Of a stretch of DNA of 64,000 bases, positions 48,620 through 60,069 are shown piece by piece (positions within the stretch are counted from its first letter, which is position 1; the number at the start of each line of letters is the position of its first letter). The notes under the pieces were generated by a model. That model searched no databases. It worked only from the letters and a program-made list of their open reading frames with translations, and was not told the DNA's origin. The DNA comes from a virus (lineage: Duplodnaviria > Heunggongvirae > Uroviricota > Caudoviricetes): IMG/VR virus record IMGVR_UViG_3300002641_000714, one strand, 5' to 3'. The position numbers and the translations under genes were made by a program.

Positions 48620-49123
48620 ATGAAAAGCGTTAGCAAAAAAGCTTTATATGAAAGCATTATGACTTCGGTTGCTAAACAAGTAAAGAAAACATTGAATGAG
48701 AATAATAATGTGAATGATAATGCAGATTAGTTGAAGGAGTTAATTGCAGAGCATGAAAGTAGGCTTAGAGTATTAAAAAGAAAGCTTGCAGTATTAGAAA
48801 GTGAAAAGGAAATAATAGATGCGTTTGCAAAAGGTATTAATGACTGGACTGATTGGCATGATTCACATTATAGCAATTATATTCGTGAAGGTGAAGAAGG
48901 AAAAGAGTTAATAGAAGCCAGTGGTGGAATATGTAATTATATATATGAAACTGGTTGTAAAGATATGTATTCGTTTATTGAAGATTGTTTAGATGATATA
49001 GATATAGATATAGATGATGATGATTTTGAATTTGATGAAGATTTTATAGAGGATTTTATTAAAGAACATGATGAAGAAATTAATGGTGTATTGGCATCAG
49101 ATTATGGATATGTCTTTGAATAA
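48620..49123 (+). CDS. Leader-family-2 protein, acidic (1 in-frame TAG)
   Basis: ATG 48620. Leader MKSVSKKALYESIMTSVAKQVKKTLNE, TAG at 48728, then track ORF 48731..49123 in the same frame. The late-type motif cttaaataaatatattgtataaataaaaaat is upstream. A terminator hairpin lies at about 49164-49192. Confidence 0.6.
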
Positions 49124-49250
49124 TGATTAATTATATAATTTATTAAAAAATATAAAATTAAAGAAATCGGATTTCTTTCCTTTTTATTTCTTATTATTTT
49201 TGAAATTTATCACAATAAATAAATATATTATAAAAAATAATATAATAATT

Positions 49251-49661
49251 ATGAAAAGAGATAACAAAAAAGCTTTATATGAAAGCATTATGACTTCTGT
49301 AGCTAGAGAAGTTAAAAAGACTTTAAATGAAACTGTAGTAGATACAGAAGATAATGAAACTGAGACAATCAATCATTGTTTAGATGAGATTAAACATTGT
49401 TTGTATAATGGCTGTGATTTTACACAATATAACAAGTATATTGATAGTAAAAAATTTTATGTAATAACTGGATGTATATATGATTGTATTTAGCAAGCTA
49501 GCAATATTGCAAAAAATCTTACAACACTCGCTGAAAATTCTGCAGTATATAAATAGAATTTAAATAATAGTATATCTATATCTATGTTAGAAAAATGCAG
49601 CAATCAATTAGAAGATCTTGATAGTCTTATGAGACGGTTAAAACGCGCATTAAATTATTAA
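49251..49661 (+). CDS. Leader-family-2 protein (2 in-frame TAGs)
   Basis: Leader MKRDNKKALYESIMTSVAREVKKTLNE. The TAG at 49491 is read through (second TAG at 49554) to the TAA at 49659-49661. Upstream motif acaataaataaatatattataaaaaataatat. Confidence 0.55.
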
Positions 49662-49790
49662 TATTAAAAAGGCGGATTTTATTAATTTTAATTAATAAAA
49701 GAGAGAATCAAAGAAATTTGGTTCTCTTTTATTTTTGTCTAATTATTTCTTAAATAAATAATAAAAGAAATAAAAGTATATATTATAATT

Positions 49791-50696
49791 ATGCGAAAAA
49801 ATTCTGATTTATATAATAAAATAATGGAGCAAGTTGCAAAAGAAGTTAAACGTTCTTTAAATGAAGTTGACGATATTGCTCCAGTTAAACAAGAAGTTTC
49901 TGGTGAAGTTTATTTAGTTCGCTGCGATGGAATGAATAAGAAAACATTAGATATGTTATCATCTAAATTACCAGCATTTGATAATTATGGTTCCGGTTCT
50001 ATCAGAGTAACATGCAAAACTCATGAAGAAGTTATTAAAGTCATTTCTTTATTGGTTAATTCAAATGTTTTAGATATTGATAATTCTCTTGGACAATCTC
50101 CTAGAATTTCAATTCAAAAAGTTAATAAGAATTCTGTTAATGATTCTGTTAATGAAAATCGTCAAGAGTTATCACGTGATTATATTCAAATGAGCAAAAT
50201 TAAAACACCAAGGCAACGAGTTAAATTTGAAATAATCCAAAAAATTAATAAAGGTGAAATTCCTGCAACTCCTGAAGCAATCCGTGCAGAAATTGATAAA
50301 TCCGGTGAATGGATAGATCGTTCTGAACCAAGAATTCAAATGGATGTTGATCTTATTATGAGAAAAACTACTGATGAAATAATGGAAGGTGATTTTATAA
50401 CAGATTTCATATATTCAAAAGATAATTATGAACCTGGTGAATTTAGTAATGGAATGGAAGCTGCAGAAAATCATGTTAAATGGTTAAAAAAGCATGGGCT
50501 TGGTGTAAGGGTTGAAGAAGGTAGATATTCATTTAAATATTATATTCATTATAGCACTAAAAAACAATTTAATGATTTAGTTCAATGGATGGCATGGCAT
50601 TGTGGATTTACTGATACAATAACAAATCCACCATCAAAAGAAGATAGAAAATATTTTGAAGAAATTGTTAAATCAGGAAAGAAAACTACATGGTAA
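49791..50696 (+). CDS. Leader-family-2 protein (301 aa)
   Basis: Leader variant MRKNSDLYNKIMEQVAKEVKRSLNE. TAA stop and no TAG. Confidence 0.6.
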   Translation: MRKNSDLYNKIMEQVAKEVKRSLNEVDDIAPVKQEVSGEVYLVRCDGMNKKTLDMLSSKLPAFDNYGSGSIRVTCKTHEEVIKVISLLVNSNVLDIDNSLGQSPRISIQKVNKNSVNDSVNENRQELSRDYIQMSKIKTPRQRVKFEIIQKINKGEIPATPEAIRAEIDKSGEWIDRSEPRIQMDVDLIMRKTTDEIMEGDFITDFIYSKDNYEPGEFSNGMEAAENHVKWLKKHGLGVRVEEGRYSFKYYIHYSTKKQFNDLVQWMAWHCGFTDTITNPPSKEDRKYFEEIVKSGKKTTW

Positions 50697-50707
50697 AACA
50701 AATAATA

Positions 50708-50732
50708 AAGGAATCAAATTAAATGATTCCTT
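50708..50732. terminator. Bidirectional terminator hairpin
   Basis: aaggaatca / tgattcctt 9-bp stem between the plus gene (ends 50696) and the minus sbcD (ends 50738). Confidence 0.55.
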
Positions 50733-50737
50733 TATTT

Positions 50738-51859
50738 TTAATCATTTGCAATTTCTGCTTCAGCATCTTTTAAATACTGATCACTTGTTTTTATTAATTG
50801 CAATTTAAATTCTTCACTGACATCTAAATCATTAATAGCTTCATTTATTAGTTCAGATGTTGTTTTTTCTTTATATTCTATATTCTCATCAACATTAACA
50901 CTTAGTGTTTGTCTGCTAATAACGGGTTTGACAAATTTTGCGGTTGTTCCAATTCCTAAATTATAAATATCAAATTTCTTTTTATATTCTGGAATATTTT
51001 CTTCTTTAATGATAATATAATTATAATTGTTGTTTAGAAATTCTTGTCGTTCTCCAATAGACATTTCAACATATTTTTCCATTAATAAACTGTGATATAT
51101 TGGGCTATAATGATTTTCAATAAATTCATGTTTATTAGTTTTAAGATTAAGCAAATATAATCCTTTTTGATTTCCAATATCTTTTTTATCCATATGATAT
51201 GGTGAACCAACATATATACATTTCTTTGTTTCTTGACGTTTATGAATATGTCCTGAATAAACAACCCCATTAAATGCATCTGTATTGACACCTTCAGTAA
51301 TAAGCATTCCATTGTCAAATCGCATTTTTGCTAAATCTGTATGCATAAATGCATATTTGGCTTTATTGTTTTCTATTAAACAATTTGTTTCTTGTGAATG
51401 ATCGCCTAAATATGGAATTGCAATAATTTTAGTATGTTTAGCACCTTCATAATTTATATTCAATATAGTTGGTTCAGTAATAAGATGGACATTATTTATA
51501 TATTGAATCGCACGAAGTGAAGTGTTTCCTGTATTAGTTTTCTTTGCTAAATCATGATTTCCATTTATAATATAAGTTTCTATTTCTTTAGCAATATCTT
51601 CAAATACATCAATTGCTAAATTATAAACATTAATATCAGTGGCTCTGCGATCATTAAAAGTATCCCCAAGGTTCACCAGAACCATTCTTTCACCATCTTT
51701 TAATGAGGTTTTAAGTTCTTTAACCTTTGGAATAAAAAAGTCATAGAAATAGTTTTTCATATTCTCTTGCCACTCTTCTGAATTAACATGAGTGCCAAAA
51801 TGAATATCAGAAATCATTAAAATATGCGATGCTTTAATGTCTATTTGTTTTGTTTCCAT
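50738..51859 (-). CDS. sbcD: SbcD/Mre11-like nuclease (T4 gp47-like calcineurin-fold phosphoesterase)
   Basis: ILMISDIHFG, GDTFND, GNHD and GHIH phosphoesterase motifs. Confidence 0.8.
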   Translation of the reverse strand: METKQIDIKASHILMISDIHFGTHVNSEEWQENMKNYFYDFFIPKVKELKTSLKDGERMVLVNLGDTFNDRRATDINVYNLAIDVFEDIAKEIETYIINGNHDLAKKTNTGNTSLRAIQYINNVHLITEPTILNINYEGAKHTKIIAIPYLGDHSQETNCLIENNKAKYAFMHTDLAKMRFDNGMLITEGVNTDAFNGVVYSGHIHKRQETKKCIYVGSPYHMDKKDIGNQKGLYLLNLKTNKHEFIENHYSPIYHSLLMEKYVEMSIGERQEFLNNNYNYIIIKEENIPEYKKKFDIYNLGIGTTAKFVKPVISRQTLSVNVDENIEYKEKTTSELINEAINDLDVSEEFKLQLIKTSDQYLKDAEAEIAND

Positions 51860-51956
51860 TATTTAATAAAACATTTTTATATTATAAATTATATACAAAA
51901 ATTTGAAATGGTTTAATCTAAATAAATATATTGATAATAAAAAATAATTTAATAAT

Positions 51957-52403
51957 ATGAAAAAGATAGTAAAAAAAGCTTTATATGAAAGCATTATGAC
52001 ATCTGTGGCTAAAGAAGTTAAGAAAGTATTGAATGAATCAGATTCATTAAGTGATTCATTAAATGATATTAAAAAACAACTTATTGAAAATGGTGATGGA
52101 ATATATTTTGTATATAGCGATTATATATCACGTGATGCAGCATACCTTTATGTTGTTAAAAATGGAGAAATTATTCATCAAGAACACCCAAGTTGTTTTA
52201 TGACACTTAATTATTATGGCGATGGTAAGCCATGCGGTATTATTCCTTCATTAAATAAATTAATTCGTGAATATTATGAATTAAATTTATATGTAGCAAA
52301 TAAAGGCTGGTATACATTTCCGCAAAAATGGAGAGAATGTGATTGGACTACAACACTTGAAAAATATGGTATTAATTCTACACTAATAAATATTGATATT
52401 TAA
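51957..52403 (+). CDS. Leader-family-2 protein (148 aa)
   Basis: Leader MKKIVKKALYESIMTSVAKEVKKVLNE. TAA stop. Upstream motif ctaaataaatatattgataataaaaaataat. Two tandem hairpins follow, at about 52413-52437 and 52466-52496. Confidence 0.6.
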   Translation: MKKIVKKALYESIMTSVAKEVKKVLNESDSLSDSLNDIKKQLIENGDGIYFVYSDYISRDAAYLYVVKNGEIIHQEHPSCFMTLNYYGDGKPCGIIPSLNKLIREYYELNLYVANKGWYTFPQKWRECDWTTTLEKYGINSTLINIDI

Positions 52404-52522
52404 TTAAAATAAAAGGAATCATTTAATTTGGTTCCTTTTATTTTAATTTTAGTTTAATTTTAATAAAATAAAAAGAGAACCAAATTTTTTTGATTCTCTT
52501 TTCTTTATTATGTTTTTCAGAA

Positions 52523-55500
52523 TTATTGATCTGATAAACGTTGAAGTGTGAACTTTTGAATAATTTTCTCCATTCCGTGATTCATCCACAAGTTGATTTC
52601 TACAACACATGCATCTGCTTCAATAACATCTGGTGTGTTATTAGTTTCATCACAAATAATTTCATAACGAACTAAAGCACCAGAGATTTGCATTGCAGAA
52701 AGAATTGGAGTAAGTTGTTGAACAATATTTGCACGAACTGCAGGAGTATTGTATTTAAAGTTATATTTCTTAAGAACTTTCTCACATTCAATTTCAGCAG
52801 TGTTAAGATTTTCACGAACATGAAGTTTATTAAAGTCTGACTTCATTGCTTGATAAGCTGTTTGATTACCATAAATCATGATAGAACCTTGATCCTTAAT
52901 AATTGTATTAACACCGAATGGTTCAAGATATTCACGATCTGTTAAGTCTGCTAAGAACTCAAGACCTTTAAGATATCTATTAGATAAGATACCGTTTTGG
53001 TTAGCACAAATTGCATATGGATCATTGATACCATTGAATTTACGATTCAAAACATTTGCTACATCAGCTGCTGGTGGAACTACAATCTCTTTACCATTCT
53101 CTTGGTAAATCAAGTGTGGCCAGAAGCATGCTGTAAACTTAGCACCGTCTTCTTCACTTGGTAAGCTGAAGATAACAGTTGAACCCATTTCAGTATTACC
53201 GCCTTCAGGAATATATTTAGTATTCATTGATGGACGAGCCTCAGCACCTGGAGTATAAGTATCACAGAAATAAGGATTAGAACTTACTGCAAATTGTTTT
53301 GCTGATGGCAAGTTAAGAATTGCAGTACATTTACCTCTTTCTTGTGCAGTAATTGATAACCAGCGTTTACCACCAAGTTCTGAATTAAGACCATATGACA
53401 TTGAGTCAATAATATAACGGTAGTCAACCATTGCAGGATTCATTAAACCGCGTTTGATACCTTCATCATTCAATACTGAATAAACTTTTTCAATACCGTC
53501 TTCGATATTAAGTTGACCATTTGAATCATAGCCTGGACGATGACGTGATGTAATTGTAAGACCCTTCATAGGAATAAATCTTAATGAACCTGAAATTCTA
53601 TCATCAGAAATTGGTAATTGACGAATAATTTCATTATTTTCAATAAGAACAGGAGCAGTACAAGTTACCAAATAGAAACCAAATTTACCGGTTGAGAACT
53701 CTGCATAATTACCATTATAATCATATGATACACCTTGATAAGAAATCTTATTATCAGTTTTATTATATGGAATAAATTGTTTTCTAATTACACGAGCAAG
53801 ACCTGGAATAAGTTGGTATTCTTCTGTTTGTCCAGCTTCATTTTTATATGTAATATTATGTACATAGTCACCAAGTTTAACCTTTGCATCAGACCATTGT
53901 GAAGCATCTGTAATAATAAACATATTCTTAGTATCTGCTGATACAGGAGCAACATCACCCCATAATGTTGGATCACTAAAGTATTTAACATTAGATATTG
54001 TTTCTTGAACACCGTCTTTATCAGCTTCAACATAATTATATGATAAGAAATTAATACCATAGTATTCATCTAATGCCTTATTTTCATCTACTTTATTTTC
54101 ATTTAATACTAGCAAACCATCTTTTTCTTCAGCAGATACAATATATAATTGTTTAGTACTTGGATCTTGTTTAACGCCTACAGTATATGATTCGCAGAAT
54201 GTTGAATTATCTAAAATAAAGAATGCAGAAACATCAACAGTATCATTATCTAATACTTTATCTTTACTAAGTTCAATATCAAAATATAATGTTTTTGTAG
54301 ATAATGTACCAGTATTAGAAACAACATAATAATTGTTATTTAACAAATCAGCTACATTTGCTTTACTGTATATTGAATTATCAAGCATTGTAACATCTTT
54401 AAGGAATTCAGATGCAACAAATTTACCTGGGCGAATTGCATCAACAAAATCATTAATAGATGGATTACTATAAAGTGATACATCAGCAATAGACGGATTA
54501 TCAACCTTTACTAATTCTGTTAATTCAAATGCAGGTGATTTATAAAATTTCTTTCTATCTGAATTATAAACATAGACACTTGCATCAATTGTATCTAAAA
54601 TTGGTGCTTCTATCCATTTTTTATCAACTGGTTCTTTTTTCATAAATGCTTCATGACCAACCATATCAACAATATATTTAGCAACAGATTCGCCACCTGC
54701 AACCTCACCGCTATTGTCAATATCTAATCCCCAGCATCCAGAATCAGGATCACTAGAACCAGTATCTTTACCAGAATAATCATATGTAAGAACATTTGCA
54801 AGATCTTGGTTAAATGACATTAACAAACCTGTTCTTTCAGTAGCAGCATTAACTTTCTTTTCAAGGTTAAGCATATTACCTTGTTTATCAGTAAAATCGG
54901 GAATAATACATCCAGTCCATGAACCAAGAACTGTTACACCTTCAGCACTCATGAATTGATTAATACGATTCTTGATAATACCTTTTTTATCAAAGAAACC
55001 TTTCCATACAGGATCTGTAGAAAGAACCGGATAATTAGACCAGTTACCTTTAACACAAACTACTTGAAGGAAATAATCAGAAATATTATCATATGGACGA
55101 ATCCAGCCAAACGGAATATTTTCACGGCCACCGAACCAAGATTCAGCAGTTACTTCATAACCTGGCATACTAGCTGGTTTGAATACCAAAATAGAAATCT
55201 CTTCTGTTCCAACATTTACAAAGTTAAGTAAGTTACCATTTTCAAATGTATATGAAGTAGGATTTTCTGGAGCATTCAAATTACGAGCAGCTTCGGCAGT
55301 TAACAAATCTTTATCTGGAACCCAGAAACGTGATCTGTTAAATACACTAGCAAACGGAGTTTTTGCTACATATGGAATATTATCACCTTTAACTGTTCCA
55401 TAAATAACTCTATCTATAGAATCTGCCAAATAATCATATTCTCCATATGTATTATCTGAACTATTACATGCAGGGTTAGCCTCACCAGCACTCATTGATA

Positions 55501-55837
55501 ATACTGCAAGGTTAACTTGATCTGGACCGCTATAAGCAGTAGATACATTTAATAAGTTAAGTGCAATAACAGGGCCACCGTTTAATAAGGTTCTTAACAT
55601 TCTATTAAAGTAGCTTCCTTTATGCTCTAATTTTGTATCAATATCACCAAATACTCTTACTCTGTCAGTATCATCCTATAATAAAACAGGACGGTTAAAA
55701 GGCCCTTTATTAGAGAAACCAACTAACATGCGTAAAGAATCAGTTGCTTCATCGATAGCTCTGACGGTGTTATCAACTTCAAGAGTATAAATACCAGCAG
55801 CTTTAAAAGAATTTAAATCAATACTAATTTTACCCAT
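52523..55837 (-). CDS. Contractile tail sheath protein (T4 gp18-like, 1104 aa, 1 in-frame TAG)
   Basis: The C-terminal VRYEIICDETNNTPDVIEADACVVEINLW matches the gp18 C-terminal block YRVVCDTTNNTPSVIDRNEFV. The track ORF starts at 55600, but the frame continues upstream through a TAG (...RPVLL-TAG-DDTDRVRVFG...) to an ATG at 55835-55837 (MGKISIDLNSFKAAGIYTLEVDN). Confidence 0.85.
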
Positions 55838-55972
55838 ATTATTTAAATTTATTATTTTTTATCTTTTTATTTTTATATTTATTTTATATTCAATTAGCAA
55901 AAATATAATTTATATAATAATACAATATTATACTTTTATTATTTATTTTCAGTTGAAAAAAGAAAAAATAAA

Positions 55973-56000
55973 AAGTGATTCAATTATTTTTGAATCACTT
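55973..56000 (-). terminator. Terminator hairpin after the primase gene
   Basis: 11-bp stem aagtgattcaa / ttgaatcactt. It overlaps the primase stop codon. Confidence 0.55.
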
Positions 56001-57162
56001 AAACATTTAATGCATCTAACAAATTATTTGAAAAATATTGGTTCCATATTATTCGTGGATTTAGTTTTATATCTCTAAAATATTTTTTAATATCTGTTAT
56101 ATCCCATTTCTTTTTATTTCCAGATGATATATATGGATTAATTTCCGGAATATTAAATTCTGTCATAAATTTTTTCCATAAGAAAACATTATAGCCTTGT
56201 TTCATTTTGTCCATTGCATGCTCATTACCAGTATCATCTTTATCAAATATATACCAAAATGGGAATTGCATTGCAAAGTTTTTTCCGGCACCGGCAAGTG
56301 CAATACAATTTGGAAGTAAAAATGCATCAAATGGGCCTTCAGTAACAAATATTGGTTTAAAAGATGTATGTGCAAAATCAACATTAAATATATTGAATAT
56401 TAATGAGAGCTTGAGAATAGTTTCCGGAACCGGTGTTTTATCACCAAGCATTGTCTGTCTCATCTTTTCAATAGTCATTGTCAAATATTTAGGTTGGCCT
56501 TGCTTTGGTGTTAAATTTCTAATTTGCATTCCAAGAACTCTATCATCAACCAAATTCAATATAAGAATTTGATTATATTTGTCAGAATATAAAAATCTCT
56601 CATGATTTTGATATTGGCATCTGTTAATTAAATAGTTATATGCAATTGGTGTTGTTACACGCCCAATATCTTGCAAACCTAAAACATCCCTAATGTAATT
56701 TCTGTCTATAGCCCATTTATAAGCTTCCTCTTTATTAATAATGTTAGATGTTATATTATTTGAAAGTTCTTGAGAATTTGCTTCAGGATTAGTATAATTA
56801 TTTGAAATATAATTTATATCTGTCAAAGAAAGATCTGTCCCGAAATGCTTAAAAAACTTTTTTAGAGACATAGATCCACAACTATTAAAACAAGTATAAA
56901 GTCCTGCATGACGGCCTCTAAATGCAATATGCCCACGTTTCTTTCTTGGATCAAATGCAGAATCATGACAAATAGGACAAGCAAAATTAATTCCTGTTGT
57001 CTCCTTTTTAATATATTGTTTTTGACGAGTTTCTGGAAATTCTTTTTGTAGAATTAACTGAACTTTTTCTTGAATACCAGCTTCAAATTGTTCTTCAGTT
57101 ATATTAGCAGCTGTCAAACTTGACGAATCAAAATCTATTTTTAAAAAATTATTCTCTTCCAT
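55999..57162 (-). CDS. DNA primase (zinc-ribbon plus TOPRIM, DnaG/gp61-like)
   Basis: CPICHDS...RGHIAFRGRHAGLYTCFNSCG zinc-binding region. TOPRIM-like VTEGPFDAFLLPNCIALAGAG. Confidence 0.6.
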   Translation of the reverse strand: MEENNFLKIDFDSSSLTAANITEEQFEAGIQEKVQLILQKEFPETRQKQYIKKETTGINFACPICHDSAFDPRKKRGHIAFRGRHAGLYTCFNSCGSMSLKKFFKHFGTDLSLTDINYISNNYTNPEANSQELSNNITSNIINKEEAYKWAIDRNYIRDVLGLQDIGRVTTPIAYNYLINRCQYQNHERFLYSDKYNQILILNLVDDRVLGMQIRNLTPKQGQPKYLTMTIEKMRQTMLGDKTPVPETILKLSLIFNIFNVDFAHTSFKPIFVTEGPFDAFLLPNCIALAGAGKNFAMQFPFWYIFDKDDTGNEHAMDKMKQGYNVFLWKKFMTEFNIPEINPYISSGNKKKWDITDIKKYFRDIKLNPRIIWNQYFSNNLLDALNV

Positions 57163-57209
57163 TTTTAATTATTTAGTTAATAATTATATGATGAAAGAGA
57201 ATTTTGTTT

Positions 57210-57980
57210 TTACAAATTTATTACTGGACGAATTGGAAGCCCTTTGTAACGAGCGCACTAAGCACAAAAAATTTCAGGTTTTAATTTATTAGTATTAAAA
57301 TTTAATGTCATGCCATATTGCATATTATTAATTTTAGAATTAATAACTGTATTAGTCCAATAATTTCCATTTGTAGGATATTCATTTACATCTTTTTCTC
57401 CACATTTTTTACATGCTGGAAAAAATAATTCATTACCATTTTTCCCTATAAATAACCAGCCATCTAAATAATATACATTTCTATATTTTTCAACTGGTTT
57501 ATTTATTGTATTTTTTATTAATTCATTAAACTATTCAGGTGTTGGTATGCAAAACTTTAAATTACTATTCTAATACGCAGCATCATCTTCAGATAGTAAT
57601 GTATTTAAATTATCTTTATTATTATATTTAGTTAATTCTTTTCCAAATTTATATGTTTCCCATGAATATTCTGGCTTTGTCCCTAATTCTGTTTCACCCC
57701 AAGCAAAGTAATCACCATACCAATCTAAATATGTAGTATAATAAGGATCTTTATTTAAAAACCTCCAATCACACCCAAGATTATATTTACACCAAAGAGT
57801 TCCTGAAGGAAGTCCAAGATCAACTACTTCATTCATTAAATCTAACCATTCTTTAGTTCCACCTTTATACTTAACTTTACTACTAGTTTGACCTTGAATA
57901 TCATCTTGATCTTCAAAATCATCTAAAGCAAACTTAATGCCTCTATTAACAGCTTCTAATATTTTATTATAGTTTTTCAT
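57210..57980 (-). CDS. Leader-family-1 protein E with a DUF1566-like domain (3 in-frame TAGs)
   Basis: The track ORF 57570..57980 (leader with QGQ, DLGLPSGTLWCKYNLG, YFAWGE) ends at a TAG. Read-through gives ...CIPTPEQFNELIKNT... and the family C-terminus GLPIRPVINL, with a TAA at 57210-57212. Confidence 0.6.
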
Positions 57981-59959
57981 ATATTATTAATATCTTCCTT
58001 ATTTACAACAGCTCTTATTTGTAATCCAACACATCTATCAATATCTTTAATTGACGGTTTTACATTTTTGAATATATTTAATTCATATGCCATGTATTCT
58101 TTACCTTTAATATTTTCACATGCCCAATAATAACCGCCATATTTATAGATACTTAATTTATCTTTTTCCATAATATTTGTATATGGCATAAATAATTTTT
58201 CTTTATTAATTTTACTGATAAATGTAATACCGTTTAATCCTGTAATTCCTTGATAATCCTATTCAAATTTTATTTTAGTATTTTTTAATAATTCTTCAAA
58301 TTGTGCTTTTGATGGAATACAAAAATTAAAATTAAAAGATTTAGTTAATTTTTGAACAGCTGCATCATCATCTGGTATAAGCGTATTTAATTTATCAAAT
58401 CTGACATTATATTTAGGATTATTACCATATTTAGTTAATTTATCCCATGCACCGTTTGCATACTTATAAGTTGTCCAATCATATTGTGCTTTTGGTTCCA
58501 ATTCACCCCAAGCATAATAATTACCTATCCAATCTTTAGCATTATCTAATTTATCAATATTAACACCTAAATTATATTTGTGCCATAATGTTCCTGAAGG
58601 CAATCCTAAATCAACAACTTCTTTCTTTATATCTAAATATTCTTTCCAACTACCTTTATAATGGTTTGTTTTACTGCTAGATTGACCTTGAAGTTCTTCA
58701 TCATTATCAAAATCATCTAAAGCAAAACGAACATTATTATAATTAAATGATTCATTTAAATTTACTTTATTTTGATATGGACGTAATGTTACTTGCATTA
58801 TATAACATACTGTTGGAAATAAATTTTTCCATAAATAATTTTTGGGATCTGTTTTCTTTTTAAGATCAAATACGACAGGATCATTATTATTTAAAATAAA
58901 ATTAATATATAATTTCTTATTTTCAGCAAAATTAACTGTAAAATAAAAACCAAAATCAGTTTTTTCTAATCCAGTAATTTCAATAGTATCAACTAATGCA
59001 TCTTTTAATAATAATGTTCTTGTAATATTTTTATAAATTAATTTTTCATATTCTTTATTAAAATAGTCAAGTGCAAGATCAATACGTTTTTCTCTTGGCA
59101 CCGGTAAACGTCCAAGTGAATCTGTTTCTTCTCGGAAATATGTATATGGTATCATTAAAAAATGTAAATTCTAAATATATGTATTATATTCATTAATTTG
59201 TTCATTATATTCATCTATTTCATTTTCCGGATGATTGTTTATTTCTGCATAATTACGATTATCTTGCAAATCATCAACTAATTTTTGATAATGCTACTGT
59301 AATTTATAAAATTCTATATATTTTTTATTACTTTCACCTGTATTATATTTGTCATAACAATCATTTATAAAATCAACTAAATATTGTTCAAGATCCATTT
59401 TTATTTCATAGGTATCTTCTAATAACTTATTTTCAATTCCAATTTTATTATTTTCTTTGCTTTGTAATGAATTAGAATTTAAACTGTATTTTAATTCATA
59501 ATATTTTTTAACAGATTGATAACGTTCTAATAATGTTTTATCATTAGAAGACAAATCCAAACAATCTCTTGATTTAATATTAATTGTTGCCGCATTTTGT
59601 TTAATATATTGTGTAAATGTAGAACGTGTCTGAATTGTATTTTCTAAATATTCTAATAGATATTTAATAAAATTTTTAGGTTCATACATTAAAAATGATT
59701 CAAGATCCTGATACTTCTATGCACCATTTATCATTCCATAAAAATCATGAATATCATTTTGAGTATATTTAGTTTTATTATTTCTTAAATATTGAAGATA
59801 ACTATATATTTTTTTAATAATATTTTCAGATTTACCGCATTTTTCTTTTGGTAAACCATATTTTAAACCTACTTCTAATTTTTCTGATTTAGAAGGAACC
59901 TAATCTTTGATATGTAATAAATCTTGTCTAACTTCAAATTCTGAAATTTTATTTTCCAT
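57977..59959 (-). CDS. Leader-family-1 protein F: long N-terminal extension, internal leader remnant, DUF1566-like domain (about 5 in-frame TAGs)
   Basis: Track fragments 59294..59689, 58259..59155 and 57977..58189 are co-linear in one frame, and the frame stays open further upstream to an ATG at about 59959. Contains ...NVRFALDDFDNDEELQGQSS...VVDLGLPSGTLWHKYNLG...YYAWGE...CIPSKAQFEELL...ITGLNGITF...GLQIRAVV. Its TGA (57977-57979) overlaps the ATG of gene E. My coordinates are within about 1 nt. Confidence 0.5.
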
Positions 59960-60001
59960 AATTTTATATATACATTTCTATTCAATATATTTATTAAAAC
60001 A

Positions 60002-60029
60002 AATGACTCTAGAAAAATCTAGAGTCATT
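60002..60029 (-). terminator. Terminator hairpin after the gp32-like gene
   Basis: Perfect 12-bp stem aatgactctaga / tctagagtcatt with a 4-nt loop. On the minus strand it is followed by ttgtttt and then the late-type motif of gene F. Confidence 0.6.
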
Positions 60030-60069
60030 CTTAAAAGAAGAATTTACTTATAATAATTACTCATCATAA

